Assembly (NCBI GenBank): GCA_002633005.1
Contig: NMRA01000475.1
Coordinates: 186,001 to 250,000, forward strand
DNA length: 64,000 bases
Reading direction: 5' to 3'
Origin: Phoronis australis
Taxonomy: Eukaryota > Animalia > Phoronida
The notes beneath the pieces were generated by a model, which did not search any database, was not told the DNA's origin, and saw nothing but the letters and a program-made list of their open reading frames with translations. This document shows, piece after piece, positions 12,101-22,471 of the stretch (positions within the stretch are counted from its first letter, which is position 1; each line of letters opens with the position of its first letter). The translations under genes were made by a program, and so were the position numbers.

Positions 12101-15100
12101 TGGGACCTGAAGCAACTAGAATTCAGAATGTGAAGACAATTAATTTAACACAAGCAGATGCCTCCAATAACAACTTCTTGCAGTTTGCTGGTGTATAAAC
12201 AAGTGAGTCAGTTAGCTCACTAGACAGAAGTTAATCTAATTGTACATAGCTCTCTGTATGTTACTTCATGTTAATATTTCGGACTGGGCCCACTTGAAAA
12301 TTAGTGTGTTGAATGAAGTGGTCACCCAGTCTTTTAAGTTTTAATAAATAACCAAATAAATAAATAAAGTAGAGAAGATAAAACTACAAAAAGAATGCTT
12401 TAACACATACCGGTACTTCCATGTCTTTGGTCATAGTCTCTAGGACAAGAGGTTGGAAGAATGAATGGACTGTAAGCACTTCATCTGTGACATTGATGTC
12501 AGAGTCATACTCATGAATCATCTGCAACACAGTTCAAATATAGTAAAATCTCACCAATTTAGGACACAACTAGCACTATATCATTTTTAAAGATGTGTAC
12601 CACAGTTACCATCTGTAACGGGAATTGGTGGAGCGACCAGCACCCATGTACTTAGTATATAAAGTCGACTGTTTGTAGCCGATAAAAATATTTGCAGCGC
12701 GCATTGTGTACTTTTTTTACTCGTTCATATTGCAAGCGAGAGAACCATGGAAAAAACTTATAGAGAGTGAAACAAGAGAGAAGTAAATAAATATACTGAG
12801 TTTATTGCGCACTAAATATGAAATACAAATCTACAAACTTACAACTCATCACTAACTTCTGTCGACATCTCAGCTTTAATTGACTTGTAATCCCAAAGAA
12901 TTTATAAGCAAGAAAAATACACTGAAAAACATTGAAGTCCAAGTTAAAAAGACCCAAACAGTTAGTTTGTTTGGTTGGGATTCCTTGCGGATAGAATTTC
13001 TATCCAAGACCCCTCGCGTGTGGGGCCCATTTTTATAGGTGTATTCGCACCACGAATGTTCCAAATTACGCTAAAAAAGCGCTCTAATTAAAGTTAAATG
13101 TAAAAACCAATAAAAATCCAAAGTGAAAATTTCGTCATCAGAAGAATAAAATAAGGGAATGGACCAACATACACCCCTTTAAAATATAATAACCCACTCT
13201 AGCTTCTGGAACTAAACATAGTCTTAACTGACGACTCGACTTAACTGACGACTCCCATCAATAGCTGGCGCTACCGTCACACATCCAACAATGATTCTGA
13301 GGAATTGTGGGCATTACGGTAAAACAATGTCAGAAGCCTTTGAAGACAACTTCAGCAATCACTTTTGTCCAAAATTGGTAGAATTTGACCGTTTTTACTA
13401 TAATACACAAAGCAAAGTTTGCCCCATGCTTTAACTTGTTCCAGCATGAAAAGGCATGGCCAGAGAGCCACATTATTTACCCACAATGCCCCATTTTAGT
13501 AGGGCACTTTTTCAGCCTCTTCGGACAGTGGGTACTGGCTTGAAACATTTCACATAACAAAATCTGTCATTTCAAATCCAGCAATGTTTTGCCGACGTGT
13601 AGATATTACACCACAAGGTTAAGGAGACAACCCTCCCGTTCACTGCAAAAAGAGAAAAACACCAAATCCCACTATTGAAGGCTTCTGGCTATGCCATTGA
13701 TTTAGGAAGGTTGTACAATATTCACGAATGTACCATTCATCCTTGTTTTTTACCTATACATATACCATACAGTAACTAATTGTGTTTTCTTATCTACCAG
13801 CCCAGGAGAGTTTACTTCAGAATGACCCTACCAGATTGCAAACTATAGGCTACGGTATTATCAATTGAGAAGTTGTTATACAACTGTTTCCAACTTATGG
13901 TTCTAAAAATAACATAACATGACAACAGGTAATGTGGCTGAGGTTCTGATTCTGAGTAGGCAGTTCCTTTGGCAAGGGATGTGTTAAAAAAAGTATATGA
14001 AATATTGTTGCAAAGATGGATTATTCCTGGTCAACTTGAACACAAGCCCATTTAATAACAGATAACATTTCAGTTGCTAGGTGCCGACTTGGTAAATCAA
14101 TGCTCAACTTTCAGGCACAAGCCTTGAATACTCATGGGTTATGCCAAGAACATGTGCCAACATGTCGTGTATGATGCTACACATAACCACAGTTTTACTG
14201 AACATGTACTAACATATTAGATACATGTGCTAAAACATGTCATGTGCTAACACAAGAGATGTGCCAAGACACAAGCTAACTTAATCATTAGATTTCCCAA
14301 GACCTGTGCTACATGTTTTAACGTGTTTGATGTCCTGGCATAATGAGCTATCATTACGTTTGGCCATAGTTTAATCAGGAATAACAGGCCAAATGAAAAC
14401 ATATTTATTGTTACAACTGTGCAATTGTTCAACAAACACCTGCAGGGCTCAACCATGACGCTCATGTATTTACAATCTTTTCTGATCGTCTGCTTGCTCA
14501 GAATTGTAGGATGACATGTTTGGCTTTCCTCCATTTCCATCTGCTGGCTTATGAACCTATGAACCTTGGTAATTGTTCTATTATGTTGCGCACCCAACGT
14601 TCTAGTTTTTATAAAAGTCACATTTCTTATCATATTTTCAAAATTCAAAAACCTAACCTAAGCTATTTACAAACATTCAAAATGAAACTGCCATTGTTGC
14701 CCCCAGTGTTTACAACCATGTTTATGATGACAAATTTAATGCGCGATTATCCAAGTTAATCTCCAGAGAACTGCCTTGATGATAGCTGCAAGGTTAGCAA
14801 ACTATGAACTGTTCAAGTTGCCTAGCTCAACCGGTGTCAGTGCAGGATTCTTTTCATGACAACCGAGTAGCCCTGATTTTGGCAACCTCATTTTCCGTTC
14901 TACCTGCATTTTCCAAGCTGGCATTATGCTGAGCATTTAAGCAATTATGATAGGCCTAATTATTAAGAGTACAGATCACTCTACCGATTCATGATCTCTT
15001 GTACATGTATTTTAAGATTGTTTTAATAATAAACCGCAGTTTTGAGAAAAAACAGGACATTCATGGAAAAGACAAAATATCTTTTTTATAAGTAGCTAAG

Positions 15101-15655
15101 CTGCGGCACAATGCCAAGGAGAATTATACAAAAGCTGTGAACTAGGCCTACTAGTCGTAATTGATTGTTCAATTGGCTTACATTCTTTGATCCATTGTTC
15201 ATCTCCAGCAGGCGATGGCCTAATGGTTCAAACTCCTCAATGTCCAACACACCATCATCATCCCTATCATACTGGCGAAACAAGACAATTCCATCAACGC
15301 CTAAATCCTCATAGATTTCAGGAGGTACATGGAAATGTGGGAAGGTTTGCAGGTAGGCCCCATAGCAGCCAACAAATATGGCCAAGACACCAAAGAACAC
15401 AGACAGGATCCAAACTGCACGTTTTGAGATTTTGAATGTAACATAATCTGTCGATACCATCTCTTCATTTCGTAGAGATTGATGTAGGTTATTGTTCTTC
15501 AAATTTTCACAAGGTTTACGATTTTCCAAACTTTCGTCGTCCCCGATTTCTGACGTCTCCAAATCTGGGCTCGGCTGAGGAGACGAATTGTTCTCAGCCG
15601 TCGTCTCAGAACTGGTTTCCTCCATCTCTGGAGGCTTAACTTTTTTCCTCGGCAT
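3080..15655 (-). CDS. SELENON: Selenoprotein N, 8-exon gene model: 15182-15655, 12411-12521, 9131-9486, 7846-7997, 7072-7325, 5051-5260, 4216-4388, 3080-3167 (1818 nt, 605 aa plus stop; Sec at codon 484)
   Basis: All introns are GT-AG with compatible phases. The spliced product has an N-terminal TM helix, an EF-hand (DRDDDGVLDIEEF) and SelN-typical blocks [85 protein letters not shown] and FQDPGSVLYVKFLSEGL. Confidence 0.95.
3210..3332. repeat. (ACAGT/ACAGC)n pentamer microsatellite in the last SELENON intron
   Basis: Seen directly; explains the Cys/Val-rich spurious ORFs here. Confidence 0.9.
4216..4388 (-). CDS. SELENON: SELENON exon 7
   Basis: cacaag|EIQENESHPLQ...[27 protein letters not shown]...LES GG|gtaaga (phase 2). 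Confidence 0.9.
5051..5260 (-). CDS. SELENON: SELENON exon 6 containing the in-frame UGA (Sec) codon at 5156-5158
   Basis: ctgcag|[34 protein letters not shown](TGA)[35 protein letters not shown]|gtaagt; homology continues in frame on both sides of the TGA. Confidence 0.96.
5111..5149 (-). promoter_or_regulatory. Selenocysteine redefinition element (SRE) hairpin in the SELENON coding sequence
   Basis: mRNA reads UGA-GGUUCG-GCCCGAACUCU A CGAGAG UCAA UUCUCG AGAGUUCGGGC: 11-bp perfect stem, A bulge, 6-bp upper stem (one G-U), 4-nt loop, starting exactly 6 nt after the UGA as described for SelN. Confidence 0.92.
5860..6977 (+). mobile_element. Non-autonomous piggyBac derivative in SELENON intron 5
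   Basis: TTAA|CCCTTATCCTGCGCTAGGC ... GCTTAGCACGATAAGGG|TTAA; decayed acidic N-terminal transposase-like stretch (ESDGDSDGE..., W.TPF.HNTGP) near 6185-6420. Confidence 0.85.
7072..7325 (-). CDS. SELENON: SELENON exon 5
   Basis: tttcag|AC MEWMNG...[12 protein letters not shown]...LEKYFYKFKE|gtttgt. Confidence 0.93.
7846..7997 (-). CDS. SELENON: SELENON exon 4
   Basis: tttcag|G [50 protein letters not shown] G|gtaagt. Confidence 0.95.
9131..9486 (-). CDS. SELENON: SELENON exon 3
   Basis: caccag|SNGLNSLTGLKAW...LSSNRYYP...IHRLLAMFH...[12 protein letters not shown]...DIMF AG|gtatag (phase 2). Confidence 0.93.
12411..12521 (-). CDS. SELENON: SELENON exon 2
   Basis: ttgcag|MIHEYDSDINVTDEVLTVHSFFQPLVLETMTKDMEVP|gtatgt; resembles the SelN 'LTIEARFQPLLPETMTK' segment. 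Absent from the ORF track. Confidence 0.9.
15182..15655 (-). CDS. SELENON: SELENON exon 1 (acidic N-terminus, TM helix, EF-hand)
   Basis: ATG at 15655; hydrophobic AVWILSVFFGVLAIFVGCYGAYL; EF-hand loop; donor AAT|gtaagc, phase 0. Confidence 0.88.
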
Positions 15656-15790
15656 GGTTAGCTAACGACTACCCAGCGTTATGGGTCACATAATCGGCAG
15701 TCAACAGGTGACAATTTACCCATCATCTGCAATCACGTAGGCCATCAACGGAGCTTTGGGACAATGTCAAGGTCGCAACAAAGCTTGTTT

Positions 15791-15803
15791 CGCCATCTAT
15801 TGG
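15791..15803 (-). promoter_or_regulatory. CTCF-like motif in the SELENON promoter region
   Basis: CCAATAGATGGCG on the minus strand about 140 bp upstream of the ATG resembles the CTCF core CCAsyAGrkGGCr. Motif only. Confidence 0.3.
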
Positions 15804-15852
15804 AATTTTTGTAAAGAAATCCCTAGTCAATTCGTCATATTATAGGGGCTAA

Positions 15853-16095
15853 CATGCGCGCACTCAGCCTAAAAAATGGGGGGGGGGGTCGAATTTTTGA
15901 GAATGGGGACCTTTTACTAAGATTCACGGGGTACCTTCAGAGTCATGAATTGTGCATTCGCCGAGCTTAGGTAGTTCCTGCTTTTTTAGTGGACTTTTGT
16001 CTCGTTTTCTACTTTTTCGGAGTTTTTGTTTCTCTGAAGTGGACTCCTTCTTTGCCCACTTCAACCCCGAGCACCGCCCCCTGGGTGCGCGCATG
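15853..16095. mobile_element. MITE about 200 bp upstream of the SELENON start codon
   Basis: TIR CATGCGCGCACTCAG / CTGGGTGCGCGCATG; imperfect 5-bp flanks GCTAA/GTTAA; related ends at 35732 and 56735-56887. Confidence 0.75.
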
Positions 16096-18967
16096 GTTAA
16101 CGGAGGTAACTGAACTCAGACATTAGAATAAGTTAGCTACAGTATAGCATACCCACAAAGGACATTTCCGACAATTGGAAATAAAATCTCATTTAGAACA
16201 CGCGACATTGGGGAATCACAAAAACAGCCGTACTGCCCTCCGCCGCGAAGAACTGAAATTTACTGGCTTGTTCTTCGTTTTATACGTATGTTCAAAGGCT
16301 CACGTTTCAGGCTTGCCTACAATAAAGTTACAAAAATTGAAGTTGATTCCAACGAGAAAAGTGATAATAACTTGATAATATAAAATCGGTCTGAACCGGA
16401 TTAAAAATAATTTCTATTAGTCTTGAAAAGAACTGACAGGTAGCATTAGACCAGAGCCCACGTTCTAATCTTTTTGCTCGAACTGGAATTCGAAATCATG
16501 TCTGAAATTTTCTACTCTATGTTTCTGTGGAGAACTCAAGAAAAGTCATGTCCTATGCTTAAGTACACTTTTAATATTGGTTTACTTGCCAAGTACGTGG
16601 ATAACTGTCCACTTCTAGTTCAAGTCACACTTGATGACCCCAGCATTGAGGCTTAATTAAGTTCGAGATTGAATTGGAAATCTTGAGTTTCTCCACGAAA
16701 TCTCGACTTTTTACTCGAGATTGTAGCTCCAATTTAGGGGTCAAGCAAGTGCGAATTAGTGCCGGATTAGAAAGTTACCTATCAACCATAATGTAAGCGA
16801 GCATAGTCTAATAAATGCTTAAAATATGTTCACACAACGAAGGAGGGCAGAAATTTCCAAAAACAATTCCAGTCCGATTTCGGGTAAAAAGACTGGACCC
16901 CGTTATGTTGAAAGAGCAAATTCGTTTGTTTAGTATTACGCCATTTTGACGTTTTGGACCCAGCTAACCTAAATTAAAATGCCAAAATTAAATTAAATAA
17001 TTAGACCAGATTAACGCAGCGCTGTTTATTAATCATCAATTCGAAATGTATAACGTGGCTATGGACCCAGACAATCTTAATCCTTCTCAACTCCAGCCCT
17101 GGAAGCATATAATTGGTGCAACTCTTGTCGGAGTAGGCCCTACACTGGTTACTCCAAACACGTAATTTAAATTTGTAAAAAAATTCAAGTGCTAAATTTC
17201 TCCCCTGGTTACCTGAATCGGAAAAAAATCGAAGGCTTGCAAAATTTTTGAAAATGTGATGTGACCGTGCATTCCCGTTCCTAGTTTTGGGTCCAAATCG
17301 CGTCATACTAGGGGCAGATACATCATCACTAAACATCCAAATACACCTGTGACGCTGAAAACCAGTGTTTTTCAACACCAGGACATGGTTTATAGTCGCT
17401 TTAAATCTTTTAACATATAAATTTTTACTTCAAAAGGATTTTACAGGCTTAATCAATTAAAAAATTCCGCAAAAGTGAGACTTTAACAAAAAAGTCCATC
17501 TATTTTGCCTGTCAGTACTGAAAATTGCTTAGAACAAGAGCGTAGACCCGTTTTGCATCCCGAATAACACGAGTTTGATGAAAGCGTTTGTGTTTTTAAC
17601 CTGGTGTGAACTTGGGTCTTTGATTAGCTATTACAGTAACGTCTCAGTTTTACCGTTTAAAAAGTTCTTCTAATAATTCATACAGTTTAATAATCATTAT
17701 AAGTTATGTAAAAATGTATGCATGCATATGCAAGCATTGCTTATTATGTGCAATGAACAAGACTGATGGTTGATGAATAATGAATGCTTTTTTAATTTTG
17801 CTGTCTTGGTTATCTCTTCCTGGTACAACAGATGTTGGAGTGCCGTGATACGCCGTAAAATGTAACAATTTCGTGAATGTAACTAACAACTGGTACATTT
17901 TACTCCATTGTCACATTTTACGTTGCCAGGACTCTCCTAAATTGTAACAAGTTGTTGCATTTTATGTAATTGTTCAATTGACGCCGAATGCACATGCAAG
18001 AAATGTACCATTGTTACATTTCAAGAAAGCGATGTCATATTTCATGAGTTTGCATGGTATTTCCCACACGGAGGAAAACGGTTCAAACACTTAATGCCTT
18101 CTTTCTCAGATTGTTTGAATGAAATTCTATCATATGTGCCAGCTCAAATTTATAGATGTGTTCCTATGTGCATTCCATTGTTTGTCTAACACGAGTAGTT
18201 TCTTGGTGTACTCTGTACAGTTTCAACTCCAGACGAAAGGAGTTTCCAGGTTCAGGTAACAAGTTTTTTCATTGTTAAGGTTTTCGTGCAATCTTTTGTT
18301 AGTGCTCACAGGTCACAAACCAAGTGTGTATCCGGCATTACAGTAAACACAATTCTCTTGGTAAGCACAACAGAAACAATGACAACGTATTTGGCTAATA
18401 TTTATTGTTATTTCTTCCGGAGCAAAGGACAATTAGATGACAAAAAATTTCCCAGAGAATTCAATTTCGGAAGCAAATTTGATATAAAAAACACCCGTTT
18501 TAGCCCACGATAGTTTGGCCAGTGTTTTATTGCTTTGGAGTCATCGCTAATGCACTAATTGCCGTGCTCCACGCAAAAAGGAGCAAGACTAGACTTTCTG
18601 ATGCCGACGGGTTCTGTCTACCACCCCGAATGACACATTTCTTAAAGACATTGTGGTGAAAGGAAAAAAGCACGCAGGTTGACAGATTTTGGCAGTGCAA
18701 CAGCAAAAGATCGCCTTTGAGAAGTACGAGCCAATAGTATGAAAAAAGTGGCGGTATAGTAACGTGTTTTACACAGTTTAAAAACTGAATGAAAAATCAT
18801 TGTTCCTGTGATGTCAAACCTGTCTGAAATAGTGGCGGTAACAACAGATCAAACCGTGACGCGTATACGTAAAAAAATTGAAGCCTAAGTGGGAAAATAG
18901 AAAATATTTTGGCACACTGAAAGGGCATGATTACTTTGCTCAAACCGGGACTAGGTCGATAATTTAA

Positions 18968-19730
18968 AGGGGAAATAGGTCCAAAAATCTGCCTGTCGGC
19001 CTTTCGGACTACACAAACATACAGTTTCTCTTTCTATTATCTTTTGATTTAAAATATCACTTAAAATTGCTATTTGGTCAATGTTCGTTAGTTCAAAGCC
19101 CAAAGATTGGACAGTCTACTATTACTGGACGTGAAGTCACTCGTCTCATGAGGCGCCATTTTTGTGTTGCAGCTCGCTGTCAACAAAACGCGTGGTTGCA
19201 GGCAGATAAGGGAATTTGGTATATTAACCCTTTTGATACATCGCGTAAAAAGCGGATATTAAACAGTCGTGACTGACTTCGACGTTGGCCGTTTTTGTTC
19301 CATAGAATCCACTTTCAAGGAAACGTAGTTCAAATCACTCAGTTAAATCACTGTGTTTTTTAAGAATTTTGGGGTCCGTTTCACATAAAATTGCGTGTTT
19401 TGTATGTCTGCTACCACCAGCTATTCTAATGACCCGATGACCGCAGCCATAGCCGACAAGAGAGATAGAGACAAAAATGATAACACGACGGGTATCCTCA
19501 CGTTTAGATGTAAATCGCAAGTAAAAGATTGCTGTCTGAATTCAGTTCTTCGTGGCAAACTACAGAAGGACCGTGGTTGCTGATAGTTCAGAAATAATCA
19601 TTTTTTGTAGTTGGCGCACGTCTAAACAACATTTTAAATCTCAACCCCCTCGCTTCCAAATATAGGCTTACTCTGCACAGCTGTCAAGACGTTTCTCATA
19701 ATATCGTTAAGGCTGAACATAGAAACCCCT
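18968..19730. mobile_element. Kolobok-like non-autonomous element nested in the 17846-20526 element
   Basis: TTAA|AGGGG ... CCCCT|TTAA with imperfect TIRs; possible THAP start remnant (VGYGCGHR) on the minus strand near 19430-19460. Confidence 0.5.
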
Positions 19731-19874
19731 TTAAAATCCTTTTGAAACAGCACTCGTTGTCCACTATGGTGGAAAAAAAATTGAACCATAAATGAAATAA
19801 TTTTAAAATCGTTGAGAATCATGATGTATTAGCACTTTGCTTAACATTGTGTCCTCGTTAAATAAATTCAAAAA

Positions 19875-20010
19875 TGTTAATAATAATAATACTAACAACA
19901 ATAATAATAATAATAATAATAATAACAACAATAACAATAACGAGTAATAGTAGTGATAGTGGTAATAGTAATAATAGCAGTAATAGTAGTATTACTAATA
20001 AAAATAATAA
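19875..20010. repeat. (AAT/AGT/AAC)n trinucleotide microsatellite
   Basis: Seen directly; source of the poly-Leu/Ile ORF. Confidence 0.92.
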
Positions 20011-22471
20011 TGGGTAGCCAAATTCATGCCGTGTCACCCCGGAGGGCATTCCTATAAAAGAGATATACGAATAATGCCGTCCAAAAGGCTGTGTCTTTAC
20101 AGTAAAAAACTCCTAAACGGTGCTATTTTCGACAAAATACTATCTAAAAAGGTACCTTGTCTGAGCTTCTGGAACAGAACTGTAAGAAAATGTGAATTTT
20201 TACACAAAATTTATCTCTGAATGTGTCCACTCTCTAAACGGGTAGTTATTCAAATCTTCAGGCGGCACCCCTCATCCAAAAATACTCCAGTACCCCCCGC
20301 CGTGTCACATACCACTTGTTCGTGATTTTGGTAATTTTCTTTGTGATATGACGTCGGTTTCGTAAAATGTAACAATGGTACATTTCTCGAATGTGCATTC
20401 GACGTAAAATATAACAACTACTTAAAATGTAACAACTTGTTACATTTTTAGAAAGGCTTAGCAACGTAAAATGAAACAATGACAACTGTTACATTTTACG
20501 AAATTGTTACATTTTACGGCATATCAGTGCCGTGCAGTTACCGACTGTTAAGAAGAGTAAAATGGTATAAAGTAATACGACGAACGTCGGTACTAAAATA
20601 TATTAAATATGTCTGTATCATGCCCTTGATGAAGAGTGTACCACTCAAAACATGGAGAATATTTAAATATATTTTAGTGTCGACGTTTGTCGGTTTACTT
20701 TATATTATTTTAGCCCAAAATACCAAATCTGAAGGATCTTATCGACTGGCTTGTGTATTTACCCAAGTAGCAACAATACTATAGATTTTAACACAGTAAA
20801 AGCGTACATATTTTAAAATTTGATTAAAAGCACGACCGTATTTTCTGTTTGGTAACTTCAAAGACAATCTCTCGTGTTCACTGTACAGTAAAACGTTAAA
20901 TAGCAAAAACAAGACGCTGTGCTTCGGATCGACGTATCGAAATTACTCAGTATCATCATAAGGTGTGGAAATCCTTCACCAGGACAATTGATGTATTAGG
21001 TTATTAATCCGTGAGGCACTTCACATAAGCAAAACTGCTGGGGCATCTAACTAAAACAGCCCTATCAATCCGTACGTCTCCAGCATTTTGTAAAGGCACT
21101 CTTCCACCGTTAAGAGATTGTTTACCTATGGCGACGGGACCCGCATCCTAAACTCTTGAATTATATTTGCAACCTGCTCCTCAAGCCGGTCCAGGGGCAT
21201 ACAGAGGCGACTGAAAAAGCAACAGCTAGCGGGCAATATCATTATTTTAAGTTTGGGTCTCTTGCTGTGAGGATGGAAGTGTGATTAGACGATTAGTGTC
21301 GCCGTACACCGTCTATGACACCGTCTGCGACAGGTATTTTTGCAGGTAATTTAGCTATAGCATGCTGAAAGGTCACTAAACCTTTACATGGGGGCATACA
21401 TTCTAAAGCAGCTGTGGTGAATGTTAAGTAATTGATTGCTTGTCTCGCCTTTGTCAGCATCTGTGTACTGACTAGGATCACGATCGACATTCTTATTTGG
21501 CACTCATGGACATAGAACACTGGTATCCTCGTTCAATATATGAATGAAATATATGATATTCAAATGAAAGAAGATTAAAAGAAAAAGGCATTTCTTTTCT
21601 TTTCTCCAGTTTCTAATGTGTCCGCGTTGGAAGACATTAAACGCGACAGAATGTGTGTGGAGACTAAGTGGCAATTTTATCAAAGCAATAATGTAAGTTA
21701 GATGGTCAATGGCACTTTATTTTGCAATGAATAAATACAACGTTTGAACGTAAAAACAACCAACAAGTTCAATAGCTAAAATCACACATGCACTAAACAT
21801 CGGACCCGATACAGAGTTTTGGTGTAATGCGCGTTGTAGAACAAATATACACTTTGAATTTTTTACACAAGCCGTATATAAGACAATTACGAAGAAATTT
21901 AGATTCTAGACTTTTTATCCTCTACAACTGCCTACATACAAAGAAGGAAACAGATTCACATTGTAAGTTTTGTTTGCGTGCCTGTTTACAGAGGCCTTCA
22001 CGAATGTCCAGGGGGGCAAAATAAAACTTTTTCAGCTTCTGAAATCAAACTCGCGACACTCACCACATAAAACGACATTATAAACGTAGAAAATTTTCAT
22101 TTATTCTCATTATTCGACAACCTTCAGAAATATGCGTACTAGATTGTACGAGCGGTCTTAGGTGTTTGCAAGAAATTTGTTTCGTTGTAAACCGAAAACA
22201 TTTCCGATACAACACGTTGTGTGACAAATGCCAACAGGTTTTGCACACAAAGAAACAGTGGACGATACCTATATATAGAGCGACAGGTTTCTGTCACTGT
22301 TTTGGCTTCCTTAAGTTATAGATGAGGAGATGCTTGTTTCTGTTGAAGAGGGCAGTCTTCCACGTGGATAAACCCTGCCCACCCGGCTTGCCGACACGGG
22401 CACTATTAGTTAGCATGTTTTTTTTTCGTAACAGGACGTAAACCAATTTGCCTCTTGCAATAAATTTTTGA

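Larger units (their letters stand above)
17846..20526. mobile_element. Unclassified 2.7-kb TIR element with subterminal AAAATGTAACAA repeats and nested insertions
   Basis: TGATACGCCGTAAAATGTAACAATTTCG at the left end and its reverse complement at the right end; GTGCCG duplicated at 17840-17845 and 20527-20532 (or AGTGCCGT if the ends are GA..TC). Confidence 0.8.

Noticed and set aside
12614-12843. TGTAA...TTACA segment with TATA and AATAAA (short solo LTR?)
   Set aside because: No target-site duplication; too weak to call.
19858-20049. Hydrophobic 'membrane protein' ORF
   Set aside because: Translation of an (AAT)n microsatellite.
21050-21520. Death-domain-like or second ninjurin-like peptides downstream of the ninjurin gene
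   Set aside because: Only short fragments (e.g. TVEECLYKMLETY) in different frames, with no consistent exon structure.
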